A stretch of 64,000 nt of DNA from a bacterium (GTDB lineage: Bacteria > JADJOY01). The notes beneath the pieces were generated by a model that worked only from the letters and a program-made list of their open reading frames with translations, did no database searches and had not been told where the DNA came from. The DNA lies in the NCBI GenBank assembly GCA_046331705.1, contig JAXLQJ010000023.1:1-64000 (forward strand), given 5' to 3'. Shown here piece by piece: positions 9,634-22,312 of this stretch. How positions within the stretch are numbered: position 1 is the stretch's first letter; the number at the start of each line of letters is the position of its first letter. Position numbers and translations under genes: made by a program.

Positions 9634-10027
9634 GCGGAAGCCGACCGCGCGCGCCGTCGACTTGCGTCGCCGACGTCCGCTGCTCGCGCTCGAGCTTGCG
9701 CACGTGGCGGGTGGTCGAGACGCCGCACACGAGAATGGGCAGGAGCATGAGCGGGATCGAGAGATCGTGAGCGGTGCGGGGGGCGAGCTCGCCCCAGCGG
9801 TAGACGGCGAGCGCGATCACGGTGACGAGCGCGCTCAGGGCGACGAGGAGGCGGCCGAAGTGGGCGTTGGCCTCGTACCAGAGCCGGTCGTCGCGCAAGG
9901 TCGCGCAGGTGCGATAGCCGTAGACGCGGTTTCGCGGAACCTTGCGGAGAACCAGCGGGATCGCGAGCGCCACGAAGAGCGCCTGCAAGGCGAGCACGGT
10001 GACGAGCCCTTTCTCGTACACGGACAT
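9623..10027 (-). CDS. SdpI/YhfL family membrane protein
   Basis: VPRNRVYGYRT...WYEAN signature; three TM segments. Confidence 0.8.
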   Translation of the reverse strand: MSVYEKGLVTVLALQALFVALAIPLVLRKVPRNRVYGYRTCATLRDDRLWYEANAHFGRLLVALSALVTVIALAVYRWGELAPRTAHDLSIPLMLLPILVCGVSTTRHVRKLEREQRTSATQVDGARGRLPLSR

Positions 10028-10119
10028 CGGTTGGGCCTCCCCTGCTGCGTTCGCCGGTGGGGACGGCACCGCAGGCGCGGCGCGTGGCCGTTTCCGCGAC
10101 ACCGCTCGAGCCGTTGCGC

Positions 10120-10851
10120 TCAGGCGAACGCGCGTTGCATCTCGTCGGCGATGGCGCGGGCGGCATCGCGCGGTGACGGCGCCTTGCAGATCGGCCGCCC
10201 CACCACCAGGTAGTCGGCGCCGGCGGCGATCGCCTGCGCGGGCGTGACGGTGCGGCGCTGATCGTCGGCGGAGGAGCCGCTGGGACGGATGCCCGGCATC
10301 ACGATCGTGAACTCGCTGCCGAGCCGCTCGCGCAGCATCGCCGCCTCGCGACCGGAGGCGATCACTCCCGTCGAGCCCGCGGCGAGGGCGCCGCGCGCGC
10401 GGTGCAGCACGTAGTCCTCCACCGAGAGCCCGATGCCCATGTCGCGCAGATCCTGCTCGGTGAGGCTCGTGAGCAGCGTGACGGTCAGGATCGTGAGCGC
10501 GCTCGCGCCGCGCGCTTGGGCCGCGGCGCGCACGGCGGCGAAGTCGCCGTTGAGGGTGAGCATGGCGACGCGCTCGCGCACCGCGACCTCCACCAGGCGG
10601 CGCACGGTCTCGGCGATGTCGCCGAACTTGAGGTCCAGGAAGACCGCGAGCCCGCGCGCGATCAGGTCGCGCACCAACGGCGTGCCGCCCGAGAGGTAGA
10701 GCGGCCAGCCCACCTTCACGACGCGCAGATCGGGGCCGACGGCGTCGATCAGCCGAAACGCGTCGTCCGGCTCCATGAGCCGATCCGGAGCGTGGGGGTC
10801 GTTCGGGAAATCGAGTGCCAGGATGAGGCGGTCGCGTGCGTCGATGGCCAT
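10120..10851 (-). CDS. pyrF: Orotidine-5'-phosphate decarboxylase
   Basis: LILALD, VKVG, FLDLKFGDIAETV, PGIRP, DDQRR, ADYLVVGRPI. Confidence 0.95.
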   Translation of the reverse strand: MAIDARDRLILALDFPNDPHAPDRLMEPDDAFRLIDAVGPDLRVVKVGWPLYLSGGTPLVRDLIARGLAVFLDLKFGDIAETVRRLVEVAVRERVAMLTLNGDFAAVRAAAQARGASALTILTVTLLTSLTEQDLRDMGIGLSVEDYVLHRARGALAAGSTGVIASGREAAMLRERLGSEFTIVMPGIRPSGSSADDQRRTVTPAQAIAAGADYLVVGRPICKAPSPRDAARAIADEMQRAFA

Positions 10852-10982
10852 GCGTATCGTGTAGCTCCTCCGTGTGCGGTCGGGGAGGGGCACGCCTCGT
10901 CGCGCGCTCGGGCGGGCTCGAACGGCGCGCGCCGATCCGCGCTTGCGCGCGAGCGGGGGATCGAGTACCCGAGAGAGCCGCG

Positions 10983-11843
10983 ATGCAGGGCTTGGCGTGG
11001 CTCGGTGCGGTCGTGGCGCTCGCGTGGGTGGCGGCCTACTACGTCTACGCGTGGGCGAACGTGGCGGCGCTCGAAGGCTGGCTGCGCGCCCCGCGTCGCG
11101 TGGGGCTCGCATTGTCCCTGGCGTTCACGATCCCCGCGGTCCTCGGCACCGGAGGTCCGTACGGCGGCGCGGGGCCGCGCGGCTGGCCGCTCTTGATCGC
11201 GCTGGTGGCGACGGGCCTCGCCCGAGCACGGCAGTGGCTGTGGCTGCCCGCCGCGGCGCCGGCGCGGGCGATCGCCCTCGAAGCGGAGCGCGCGTATCCC
11301 GCGAGCGAGCCGGTGGTGGTGGTGAGCGGTGGCGCGGCGCTCGTGCTCGCGCCGCTCGCACGAGCGCGCGTGGCGCGGCTCGGCGAGTGGACCGTCGCGC
11401 ATTGCGCGCTCGCGGGCTCGGTCGCGGCGTTCGGGGTCGGGGCGAGCGTGCGGCCGACGCTGCCGCTCGGCAGCGGTTTCGAGATGGCGTCGCGCACGCG
11501 TCGCTGGGATGCGGTGGATGGCCGCGCCCGCGACGGCGGCGACGATCTCGCGCGCGCAGGCGTCGCGCTCACGACCCTCGGTGCGTGGCGGGCGCGCTTT
11601 CCCACCGGCCGCCTCTACACCGCCGGCGACTCGCCGCCCACCGGCGCGGTGCGATTGCGCGTGCCGCGGACTCGCCTGGCGCGCGGCCACCCGAGCCCCA
11701 GTCAGCTCGGCACGGTGCGCGACGGGCGCTGGGAGGCGCTCGCCGCGCCGGCCGGGCCCGATGCGTGTCCGTCAGGCGGGTGCGCCGAGCGACGACACGT
11801 ATTACCTGGCGCGCTGGGCCGCCGAGGTCCGAGGCTCGCATGA
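10983..11843 (+). CDS. Membrane protein with divergent DUF3179-like domain
   Basis: Three N-terminal TM helices; HCALAGS, RWDAVDGRA and LTTLGAWRARFP resemble DUF3179 motifs as I recall them; stop overlaps the next ATG. Confidence 0.5.
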   Translation: MQGLAWLGAVVALAWVAAYYVYAWANVAALEGWLRAPRRVGLALSLAFTIPAVLGTGGPYGGAGPRGWPLLIALVATGLARARQWLWLPAAAPARAIALEAERAYPASEPVVVVSGGAALVLAPLARARVARLGEWTVAHCALAGSVAAFGVGASVRPTLPLGSGFEMASRTRRWDAVDGRARDGGDDLARAGVALTTLGAWRARFPTGRLYTAGDSPPTGAVRLRVPRTRLARGHPSPSQLGTVRDGRWEALAAPAGPDACPSGGCAERRHVLPGALGRRGPRLA

Positions 11844-12241
11844 CCGATCGCCCCACCCGCTCGCCGCTCTACTCGGAAGTGACGCTCGATCATTTCCTGA
11901 ACCCGCGGAACGTCGGGCAGGTCGAGGGCTTCGAGGGGATCGGGCGCGTGAAGAGCACCGTCTGCCAGGACCTCCTCGAGATCACGGTGCGGCGCGAGGC
12001 CGGTGGCGCGCTCGTCACGGGCTTTCGCGCGCAAGGCTGCTCGGCGTGCATCGCCGCCGCGTCTGCGCTCACGGAGTGGGTGAACGTCGAGCGGCTCGAC
12101 GAACGCGCCGCACGCGCCGTCGACGCCCCTGCGCTCGTGCGCAGGCTCGGCGGCATGCCCGCGAGCAAGCGCGCCTGCGTGGCGATGGCACCCGTGGCGA
12201 TGGCGCGCGCGCTCGACGCGCTCGGCGGCCCCCAGACGTGA
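11840..12241 (+). CDS. IscU/NifU-like Fe-S scaffold protein
   Basis: YSEVTLDHFLNPRNVG, CQD, GCSAC, KRAC. Confidence 0.85.
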   Translation: MTDRPTRSPLYSEVTLDHFLNPRNVGQVEGFEGIGRVKSTVCQDLLEITVRREAGGALVTGFRAQGCSACIAAASALTEWVNVERLDERAARAVDAPALVRRLGGMPASKRACVAMAPVAMARALDALGGPQT

Positions 12242-12331
12242 GCGGCCCGCGGTCGCGCCCGTGAAGCTGAACGAGCGGCGGGATTGACGGTAGAGTTGCC
12301 AGGCTCGCCCACCTGGCGCGCCCCCGCCGTC

Positions 12332-13812
<1,481 letters not shown>

Positions 13813-13816
<4 letters not shown>

Positions 13817-16506
13817 CTCCCGCCGACGCGATCCACGAGGAGCGGCGGATCGCCGCCAAGCTCGTCGCGTTCGTGGCCGAGCTCTTGTGCGTGGCCACCG
13901 TGGTGATGGCGTGCCGCCACGCGTGGGCGTGGCTGGATCGCCCGTTTCCCGGCTTCTTGCTTCACCAGCGCACCACGGTGGGGATGCTCACGCGGCCGGC
14001 GTGGCACGCGGGCGGTGCCACCGTGCGCGCTGGGGATCTCATTCGCAGCGTCGACGGCGTGCCGGTGACCTCGACCGGGCAGGTCTTCGATCACGCGGCC
14101 GCGCTCGCGCCCGGCACGATCGTCCGTTACGAGGTCGAGCGCTCGGACGGCCAGCGCTTCGAGATCCGCGCGCCGGTGCGCGTGTTCTCGGGCACCGACT
14201 TGCTGCTCACGTTCGGCATCCACCTGGTCGAGGGCATCGTCATCCTGACGATCGGGTTCGCGGTGTTCTTCCTGCGGCCGGGCAACGCCGGCACGCTCGC
14301 CTTCCTGCTCTTCTGCGCGTTCACGGGATGGTCGAGCGTCACGGTCTTCGAGATCGAGACCCACGAATCCGCTCTCGAGCCGCTCTTCTTCCTGGTCAAC
14401 GTGCTCATGCCCGCCGCGCTGATCCACCTCGGCGTCACCTTCCCGCGCGAGCGGCTGGAGCCGGGCCGCGCGCGGCGCACGGTGGTGAGCGCCTACGCGT
14501 TCTTCGCGGCGATGGCGCTGGTCGCGTATCTGCCCGCGCATCTCTCGCATCGGGCCTGGCTCGTCGCCGAGCGCTTGCAGCACTTGGCGGTGGCGGGGGC
14601 GGGCGTCTTCTTCCTGATGTCGCTCTACCGCGGCGTCTCGTGCACCGAGCGCGACGCCATCGATCGCCGCCGCGCGATGGTGGTAGGCATCGGCGCGCTG
14701 GTCGGTCTGGTGCCCTCGGGCTTCGGACTGCTCGCCGTGAGCGTGTGGCCCGAGCTCCTCCAGCCGTGGCTGCCGGCGCATTGGCTGTTGCTCACCGCGA
14801 ACGTGTTCCCGCTCTCGGTGGCGTGGGCGATCGTGCGCTTCAATCTCTTCGGTGTGAGCTTCGTGCTGCGGCGCTCGGTCGCGTACGTGCTGCTCACGAG
14901 CCTCATGATCGGCTCGTACGTGGGCGTGGTGCTGGCGGTGCACACGGTGTTCCACCCGCGCATCGAGGTCACGCCCTACCTCAACACCTTCCTGGTGATC
15001 GTCTACGCCTTCCTCTTTCCGCCGGCGCGGCGGTTGGTGGTGGCGTTCGTGGACCGCACGCTCTTCAAGACCCCGTACGACTATCGCGAGGTCGTCCAGC
15101 AGCTCAGCCACGCGCTGGTCTCGGAGCTCGACCTCGACCGCATCCTGGCCGAGGTCGATTCGGCGCTGCGCGACACGCTTCAGCTCGAGCACGCGATGGT
15201 GCTCATCCGGCCCGAGCGAGGCGGCGCGTTCGTGCACTATCCGCCGAGCCGCGGGCGCAACCCGCGCCGCGAGCCCGAGGCCGATTTCACGCTGCTCGCC
15301 ACCAGCCCGCTGGCGCGCATCCTCGAGCAGCGCACCACCGAGCTCTCCAAATGGGAGGTGCGCGAGAACCCGCTGTTGCGCTGGGACCGCGCGGAGGCGC
15401 TCGCCGACATGGAGCGCATGGGCGCCAATCTGCTGGTGCCCGCGGTCTTCAAGGGCGACGTGGTCGCCATCCTCTCGCTCGGCGCCAAGACCTCGGGCGC
15501 GCTCTTCAACTCCGAGGACCTGTCGCTGGTGCGGACCCTCGCGGATCAGGCGGCGATCGCGATCCACAACGCGCGCTCCTACCGCGACCTGGCGACGGTC
15601 ATGGCGGGCCTCGAAGGCGAGGTCGGGCGGCGCACGCAGGAGCTGACGGAGGCGAACGACGAGCTCCGTCGCACGCTTCACGAGCTGCGCGAGACCCAGG
15701 GACAGCTGCTGCAATCGAAGAAGCTCGCGTCGCTGGGCGAGCTGGTGGCGGGAGTCGCCCACGAGCTCAACAATCCGATCGGCTTCCTCTACGCGAATCT
15801 CGATCACATCGAGCGCTACCTGGCGCGGCTACGGACGGGCGAGGGCGATCCCGCGAGGATCCACGCGCTGCTGGTGGAGATGATCGAGTCGTGCCGCGAG
15901 GGAGCGCGGCGCACCAAGGCGATCGTGCAAGACTTGCGGACGTTCTCGCGGCTCGACGAGCACGAGCGCAAGCCCACCGACCTCAACGCCGCGATCGAGA
16001 CCACGCTGCGATTGCTGGCGCATCGCGTGGGGCGCGGCATCGAGATCGTGAAGGACCTGGCCGAGCTGCCGCTCGTGCCGTGCTATCCCGGTCCCATCAA
16101 CCAGGTGTTCATGAACTTGCTCGCCAACGCGTGCGATGCGGTGGGCGAGCGCGGCCAGATCCGGATCTCGACTCGGATGGTCACCGACGACGGGACGGCG
16201 CGCGTGCGAATCCGAATCGAGGACAGCGGTGTCGGCATCCCACCCGAGAACCTGGAGCGCGTCTTCGATCCGTTCTTCACCACCAAGGAGATCGGCAAGG
16301 GCACCGGGCTCGGGCTCTCGATCACGCACAGCATCGTCGAGCGTCACGGCGGAACCATCCGCGTCGAGAGCGCCCCGGGCGACGGTACGCGCTTCACCGT
16401 CGAGCTGCCGGTTGCAGCCGGGGAGATGGAAGCCGCAAGCACCCAGCCCCGGACGTCCTCCGACGAGTCCCGCGAGGCCCTCGCGCCGGTCGCGGCGAGG
16501 CTATGA
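13813..16506 (+). CDS. Membrane sensor histidine kinase (PDZ-like, multi-TM, GAF, HisKA, HATPase)
   Basis: [12 protein letters not shown]-like segment; many TM helices; AHELNNP H-box; NLLANA, DSGVGI, FFTTK, GTGLGL. Confidence 0.93.
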
Positions 16507-16566
16507 GCCGTCGATGATCCACGCGCGCACCCGAGCGCCCGCGACGAAGCCAGGAGAGGTCTCGCG

Positions 16567-17265
16567 ATGAACCCCGCGCGGCTCGTGCTCTTCGACATCG
16601 ACGGGACGCTGGTGATGAGCGGGCGCATCGGCTCGCGCGCGGTGCGGCGGGCGTTCCACGATCTCTTCGGCATCGAGGACGCGACCCGGGGATTCTTCTT
16701 CGACGGCAAGACCGATCCCGGAATCTTTCGCGAGCTCCTCGCCCGTCATGGGCTCGCCCATCGCGATACCGCCGCCGAGCGGGCGCGCTTCTTCCGCCGT
16801 TACCTCGAGGTGTTGGACGACGAGCGCGCTCGCGCGGACACCGGCCACGTCCACCCCGGCATCCACGAGCTCCTCGCCGCGCTCGAATCGATCCCTTCGG
16901 TTGCGGTCGGTCTTCTCACCGGCAACATCCGCGCGGGTGCGCGCATCAAGCTGGAACGCTTCGCGCTCTGGGAGCGGTTCGGCTTCGGTGCCTTCGGCGA
17001 CGACGCCGAGACCCGCGACGAGCTGGTCCCGATCGCGCTCGAGCGCGCCGCCAGCGCCCGGGGCGCGCGATTCGATCCCGTCCGGACCTACGTCATCGGT
17101 GACTCCGAGCGCGACATCCAATGCGCTCGCGCGGGTGGCGCGGTCGCGGTGGCGGTCGCGACCGGGGGCACGCCGCTCGCCGAGCTGGCCCGCCGCTCGC
17201 CCGATGCGCTCTTTCCCGATCTCGCCGAGACCGCGCGCGTGCTCGCCGCGCTCGGCCTCGAATGA
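16567..17265 (+). CDS. HAD family hydrolase
   Basis: LFDIDGTL, LLTGN, VIGDSERD. Confidence 0.9.
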   Translation: MNPARLVLFDIDGTLVMSGRIGSRAVRRAFHDLFGIEDATRGFFFDGKTDPGIFRELLARHGLAHRDTAAERARFFRRYLEVLDDERARADTGHVHPGIHELLAALESIPSVAVGLLTGNIRAGARIKLERFALWERFGFGAFGDDAETRDELVPIALERAASARGARFDPVRTYVIGDSERDIQCARAGGAVAVAVATGGTPLAELARRSPDALFPDLAETARVLAALGLE

Positions 17266-17379
17266 GGCACGGTGCCCGAGGCGCGCTGCCGCTCGCCTGG
17301 TCGCGATCCGCGCCCTCGCCGTGGTGTCCCGGTGCGACGGCCCCGAGCAACGCCGCTGCGCCCGCGGAGGTGAGTCCCG

Positions 17380-18336
17380 GTGAATCGTCGATCCGGCCCG
17401 CGGTTTCCGTTGCGAATCGCGCTTCTCGCCGCACTCTGGACCGCCGTCGGATGCGGCTGGGCGGGGCACGTCCGCGACCCGCGCGAGTCCCTGGGCTCGG
17501 CGCCGCTGGTCGCGGGCACCTTCCGCCGCTCGGTGCAGGTGGGCGAGCGCGAGCGCGCCTATCTGGTGCACGTCCCGCCCGGCTATCGCGGCGATCACGC
17601 GCTTCCGGTGGTGCTCGACTTTCACGGCTGGGCCGCGGGTGCCCGCGAGTACGCGGCGTACACGGGATTCGACAGCAAGGCCGACGGCGCCGATTTCCTC
17701 TCGGTTCACCCCGAGGGAACGGGCTGGTTCCCGTCGTGGAACGCCGGCCCGTGTTGCGGCTCCGCCGCGCGCAACGAGGTGGACGACGTCGCGTTCGTGG
17801 ACGTGCTGCTCGACGATCTCGCACGCGTGGCGCGCGTGGACACCACCCGGGTCTACGCGACGGGCACCTCGAACGGCGCGATGTTCGCTTACCGACTCGC
17901 CTGTCAGCGCGCCGAGAAGATCGCGGCCATCGCCGCCGTGGCGGGCGCCATCCACATCGACGGCTGCGCGCCATCGCGGCCGGTGCCGGTGCTCCACATT
18001 CACGGGCTCATGGATCCGGTGGCACCGTTTCGCGGCGGCAGCCGCTGGTGGAGCAGCTTCGTGGCTGCCTCGGTGCCGGAGGTCGTTTCCGAGTGGGCGG
18101 CGCGCAACGGTTGCGCCATGGGTCCGCTCGAATCGCGCAACCAGGGCGAGGTGGCGTGCATCACCTATCCCGATTGCGCGCGCGGCAGCGAGGTGGAGCT
18201 CTGCACGATCGAGCATGGCGGGCACACCTGGCCCGGCGCGCGGTGGGAGATCGGCGGGCTCGGCCCGGCCACCGAGGACCTCAACGCGACCGACTACATC
18301 TGGGATTTCTTCGCGCGGCACCCGCTCGCTCCTTGA
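17380..18336 (+). CDS. PHB depolymerase/LpqC family esterase (exported, possibly lipoprotein)
   Basis: DFHG, WNAGPCCG, GTSNG nucleophile, HGLMDP, GGHTWPG; N-terminal signal with AVGC. Confidence 0.85.
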   Translation: MNRRSGPRFPLRIALLAALWTAVGCGWAGHVRDPRESLGSAPLVAGTFRRSVQVGERERAYLVHVPPGYRGDHALPVVLDFHGWAAGAREYAAYTGFDSKADGADFLSVHPEGTGWFPSWNAGPCCGSAARNEVDDVAFVDVLLDDLARVARVDTTRVYATGTSNGAMFAYRLACQRAEKIAAIAAVAGAIHIDGCAPSRPVPVLHIHGLMDPVAPFRGGSRWWSSFVAASVPEVVSEWAARNGCAMGPLESRNQGEVACITYPDCARGSEVELCTIEHGGHTWPGARWEIGGLGPATEDLNATDYIWDFFARHPLAP

Positions 18337-18505
18337 GCATCCTCACGACGCGGCGCGACCCGCTGCCGCCTGGGTAGCGATGGATGGCGGCGGTGGCCCG
18401 GCGGTGGACGCGCGCGGGTGCCGCTCGGTCCGCGAGTGCGATAGGGTGCAGCGAATCCACGTCGCCCGCGGCGCGCGCGGGCACCCGCATCGGAGGAGGC
18501 CCGGA

Positions 18506-19255
18506 ATGCTCGCAGCTCGAACGCTCGCACGGACGTCCACGCTCGCCTGGCTCGTCGGCCTCGGCCTCGCCGTCGCGCCCATCGCTCCCGCGCACGCCAA
18601 TCAAGCACCGGTCGCGTCGCCCGCGGCGCCGTCCGGGGCCAAGACGCCGGAGCAGCTCGTGAAGGATCTCACGAGCTCGAGCGCCGCGAGCTACAACGCG
18701 GCCGTGCAAGGCCTCCAGGCAGCGGGAGCAGGCGCCGTTCCCGCGCTCACCGCGGCGCTCAAGGACAGCAATGCGGACGTGCGCGGGCGCGCGGCGGCGA
18801 TCCTCGCGTCGATCGGTCCGGCGGCGAAGGACGCGCTCCCCGCGCTCGGCGAAGGTCTCGCGGACGCGAGCGGCACGGTGCGGCTGATCGTGGCCGCCGC
18901 GCTCGGCGAGTTCGGTCCGATGGCCGAAGCAGCCGTGCCGGGGCTCACCAAGGCGCTCGGAGACTCGGTCCCCACCGTCCGGCAGGCCAGCGCGGAGTCG
19001 CTCGGCAAGATCGGTCCGGCGGCCAAGAGCGCGTCTCCGGCGCTGATCGCGGCGCTGGGCGACAAGGACGAGCAGCTACGGGTCAAGGCGGCCAGCGCCC
19101 TCGGCTTGATCGGCGCCACGGACGCCACGAGCGCGCTCGACGCCTTGGTGCAGAAGGACACGAGCGCCGCCGTGAAGAGCGCCGCGCAAGAGGCGCTCGC
19201 CAAGCTGCGCAGCGCTCCGGCGGCGGCGCCGGCGGCCGCGCCCCACAAGCCGTGA
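18506..19255 (+). CDS. Secreted HEAT-repeat protein
   Basis: GGAGGAGG RBS; signal peptide ending AHA; repeated VRxxAAxALGxIGP units. Confidence 0.85.
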   Translation: MLAARTLARTSTLAWLVGLGLAVAPIAPAHANQAPVASPAAPSGAKTPEQLVKDLTSSSAASYNAAVQGLQAAGAGAVPALTAALKDSNADVRGRAAAILASIGPAAKDALPALGEGLADASGTVRLIVAAALGEFGPMAEAAVPGLTKALGDSVPTVRQASAESLGKIGPAAKSASPALIAALGDKDEQLRVKAASALGLIGATDATSALDALVQKDTSAAVKSAAQEALAKLRSAPAAAPAAAPHKP

Positions 19256-19305
19256 TCCGCGACTGACGACTCAGCCAGCCCCGCGCTTCGACGCCGAGAT
19301 ACCGG

Positions 19306-20670
19306 ATGTCACTCGATCGAGGATCCGAAAGAGCGCCCGAGATCACGGGCGTCGACATGTTGGTGGATGGCTTCCGGCGCGCCGAGAAGCCCGAGAGCGC
19401 GTTCCGAGTGGGGATGGAGCACGAGAAGATCGGCCTGGTGGCGGCCGATCTCTCGCCGCTCCCGTACAGCGGGCCCGCGTCCATCGAGGCGGTGTTCCAG
19501 CTCTTGGTCGACCGCTTCGGCTTCGAGCGTTTCAAGGAAGGCGAGGACACGATCGCGTTGGTGAAGGAGGGCACGAGCGTCTCGCTCGAGCCAGGCGGGC
19601 AGCTCGAGCTCTCGGGAGCCACTCTGCGCGACATCTTCGCCACCTGCACCGAGCTCACCGAGCACCGCGACATCACGCGCGCGCTCGGGGACGAGCTGGG
19701 CATCGTGTGGCTGGGCGTCGGTCACCGGCCGTTCGCCACCAAGGACCAGGTGCAGTGGGTGCCCAAGACCCGCTACCGCATCATGCGGCGCTACCTGCCG
19801 ACGCGCGGCTCGATGGGGCTCGACATGATGCTGCAGACCGGCACGGTCCAGTCGAACTTCGATTACGCGAGCGAGGAGGATTTCGTCCGCAAGATGCGCG
19901 CCGCGACGGCGGTGTCGTCGATCGTCAGCGCCGTCTACGCCAACGCCTCCATCGTCGAGGGCAAGACCGTCGGCTGGACGAGCTGGCGGCAGCGCATCTG
20001 GCGCGACGTGGATCCCGATCGCTCCGGGATCTTGCACTTCGTGTTCGACGGCGACTTCGGCTACCGCCGCTACGTGGAGTGGGCGCTCGATGTGCCGATG
20101 TTCTTCATCCGTCGTGGCGGCGGCTACCTCGGCGAGATCGCCGGCACCCCGTTCCGCCAGTTCCTCGAGCGCGGCTTCGAAGGTCATCGCGCCACCCTCG
20201 CCGACTGGAGCGATCACCTGACCACGCTCTTCCCCGAGGTCCGCGCCAAGGGCTACATCGAGGTGCGCGGCGCGGACTGCTGCGACAAGGACTTGAACTG
20301 CGCGCATCCGGCGCTCTGGAAGGGCATCCTCTACGATCGCACCGCGTGCGACGCGGCGTTCGCCCTGGGGCGTGATCTGACGCGCGCCGAGCGCGACCAG
20401 CTGCTCGTCGACGTGGCGCGTGACGGGCTCGACGCTCGCGCGCGCGGCCGCTCGATGCTCGACCTGGCCCGCGAGCTCGTCGAGATCGCCCGTGACGGGC
20501 TGGTGCGCCAACGGCCCGGCGAGCACCCCGACATGACCGAGGCGCCCTTCCTCGATCCCATCCGTCGCGTGCTCGATCGCGGCAAGTCGCCGGGCCGCAT
20601 CGCCGCCGAGCTCTGGGACGGCGAGTTCGCCCACGACCGCCACAAGCTCGTCGAGCACTACCGGTTCTGA
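19306..20670 (+). CDS. gshA: Glutamate--cysteine ligase (GCS2, plant/alphaproteobacterial type)
   Basis: GMEHEK, SLEPGGQLELSG, DHLTTLFPEVR, IEVRGAD. Confidence 0.92.
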   Translation: MSLDRGSERAPEITGVDMLVDGFRRAEKPESAFRVGMEHEKIGLVAADLSPLPYSGPASIEAVFQLLVDRFGFERFKEGEDTIALVKEGTSVSLEPGGQLELSGATLRDIFATCTELTEHRDITRALGDELGIVWLGVGHRPFATKDQVQWVPKTRYRIMRRYLPTRGSMGLDMMLQTGTVQSNFDYASEEDFVRKMRAATAVSSIVSAVYANASIVEGKTVGWTSWRQRIWRDVDPDRSGILHFVFDGDFGYRRYVEWALDVPMFFIRRGGGYLGEIAGTPFRQFLERGFEGHRATLADWSDHLTTLFPEVRAKGYIEVRGADCCDKDLNCAHPALWKGILYDRTACDAAFALGRDLTRAERDQLLVDVARDGLDARARGRSMLDLARELVEIARDGLVRQRPGEHPDMTEAPFLDPIRRVLDRGKSPGRIAAELWDGEFAHDRHKLVEHYRF

Positions 20671-22256
20671 TCGTTCCGAGCAGATTCGCCCTCGAGATAG
20701 CCGTTGCGGCGCAGCAGGTTCACCTGCTTGGTGGCGGGTAGCGCGCCCCATTCGCGAATCGTCCGCGTCCTCTCCGGCGGCAAGAGTCCGAGCGCTTGCG
20801 CCAGCACCGGATCGAACGGAATCGTCTCCTCACGGCGGCCTTGGTCGTCCGCCGCGAGCCAGCGCTCGACGGCGGCGCGGGTTTCCTCGTTCTTCGGCTC
20901 CCAGAGGCGCCGCTTCGGGTGATGGGCCCACCCGTCGCCGATCACCAGCGCCACGATCAGCGCGGAAGCGAGCCACGCGGCGCGCCGCACGCGCGCGCTC
21001 GACGCTCTCGCGAGAGCCCCCAGCGCCGTCGCCAACGCGACCGGGCACCACGCGAGCGCACCCAGCACGAAGCGCGGATCGGGATAGAAATAGGCGCCGA
21101 ACACCAGCCAATGGCTGGCGCACCAGCCGGCGACCGCGACCGTCACGGTGAGGGCGTTGCCCGCGGCGTTTCCTGCGGTGGGACCGGCTCGTCGTGCCGC
21201 AACGACCCCCGCCGCGACCAGCCCCGCGAGCGCCAGCCAGCCGAGCGCAGGCCACAGCGTTCCGAAGTGCGCCCAGCCGTGCGGCGGAGTGAGCCCCAGG
21301 AACGTGAGCCCGTACGCCCGCAGCTGCCCGACCGTCTCCGATCCAACGACCGCGGGAATGTGCGGATTGGCGATCCACGCGTAGCGCCAGCTGAACGTCA
21401 CGTCGAGCGAACCGAAGCGCTCGGGTGCCCAGAACGGGTAGGCCGACCATTGCCAGGGCGAGAGCCCGGAGCGCGCCAGCACCACCCCCGTCGCCATCAC
21501 CGGCGGAAGCACGCCAGTCAGCGCCAGCAGCGTCAAGCGCCCCGCGCGCCCCCAGCCGTGGATCCTGGCGCTGCGCAGCGCGAGCAACGCGAGCGGAGGG
21601 GCGAGGAGCAGCCCCTCGACGGTGCGCATCGTGAGCGCGAGCCCCGCGGCGAACCCCGCGCCGAGCGCCCAGCCGACGCTCGCCGCCCCGCTTCGCGTGC
21701 GCTCGACCGGCGCCGCGCGCAGGAACGCGACAGTCGCGCAGGCGAGCGCCGTGAACGAGGCGAGCGCCGTGGGCTCGTCGCTCATGAGTGTTCCGCCCGA
21801 GCTCGCGGAGAGCGGCGACCAGCACCACAGCACGCCCGCGCCGAGGCCGAACGCGATCGCGCTGCGCGAGCGTTCGGTCTCGCCGTCGCACCCCGTTTCG
21901 CGGTCGCCGCGCCGGCATTCGAGCGCCGTCATCGTGGCCAGCGCGATCCCGCTCGCGAGCAGCGCCCCGAAGATCGCCGTGAATCGCCACAGCCGCGCGC
22001 CGTCCGCACCGGCGCGCAGCGCCAACGTCTGCACGAGCGGCCAGCCCGGCGAATAGCGCGGCCGGACACGATGGGGGCCGATCTGCAGGAGGAACGTGCC
22101 GTCGGCGGCGATGGACTGCGCGGACGCCGCGTATTCGAGGCTGTCCGGCGACGGCAGGAACGCCGCACCCTTGCCGTCCTGGTACCAGCTCCAGCGCGCC
22201 GCCAGCGCCAGCGGCGTCAGTGCAACCAGCACCAGCAACGCGCGCCGTCCGGTCAT
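20658..22256 (-). CDS. Polytopic membrane protein, GT-C fold glycosyltransferase-like (ArnT/PMT)
   Basis: PDSLEY after TM1, RYSPGWP, MSDE, late YPDPRF; many TM segments. Confidence 0.55.
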   Translation of the reverse strand: MTGRRALLVLVALTPLALAARWSWYQDGKGAAFLPSPDSLEYAASAQSIAADGTFLLQIGPHRVRPRYSPGWPLVQTLALRAGADGARLWRFTAIFGALLASGIALATMTALECRRGDRETGCDGETERSRSAIAFGLGAGVLWCWSPLSASSGGTLMSDEPTALASFTALACATVAFLRAAPVERTRSGAASVGWALGAGFAAGLALTMRTVEGLLLAPPLALLALRSARIHGWGRAGRLTLLALTGVLPPVMATGVVLARSGLSPWQWSAYPFWAPERFGSLDVTFSWRYAWIANPHIPAVVGSETVGQLRAYGLTFLGLTPPHGWAHFGTLWPALGWLALAGLVAAGVVAARRAGPTAGNAAGNALTVTVAVAGWCASHWLVFGAYFYPDPRFVLGALAWCPVALATALGALARASSARVRRAAWLASALIVALVIGDGWAHHPKRRLWEPKNEETRAAVERWLAADDQGRREETIPFDPVLAQALGLLPPERTRTIREWGALPATKQVNLLRRNGYLEGESARNDQNR

Positions 22257-22312
22257 GCGGCCCTTGCCCGCTTCGTTACCGCCGGCAAACGAACGGTGCT
22301 AGAAAGGCGCTC

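Noticed and set aside
11761-11843. Frameshift near the end of the DUF3179-like gene (alternative frame DDTYYLARWAAE)
   Set aside because: The alternative frame has no stop until 12264, overlapping the whole iscU-like gene, while the annotated frame ends in a clean ATGA overlap; unresolved
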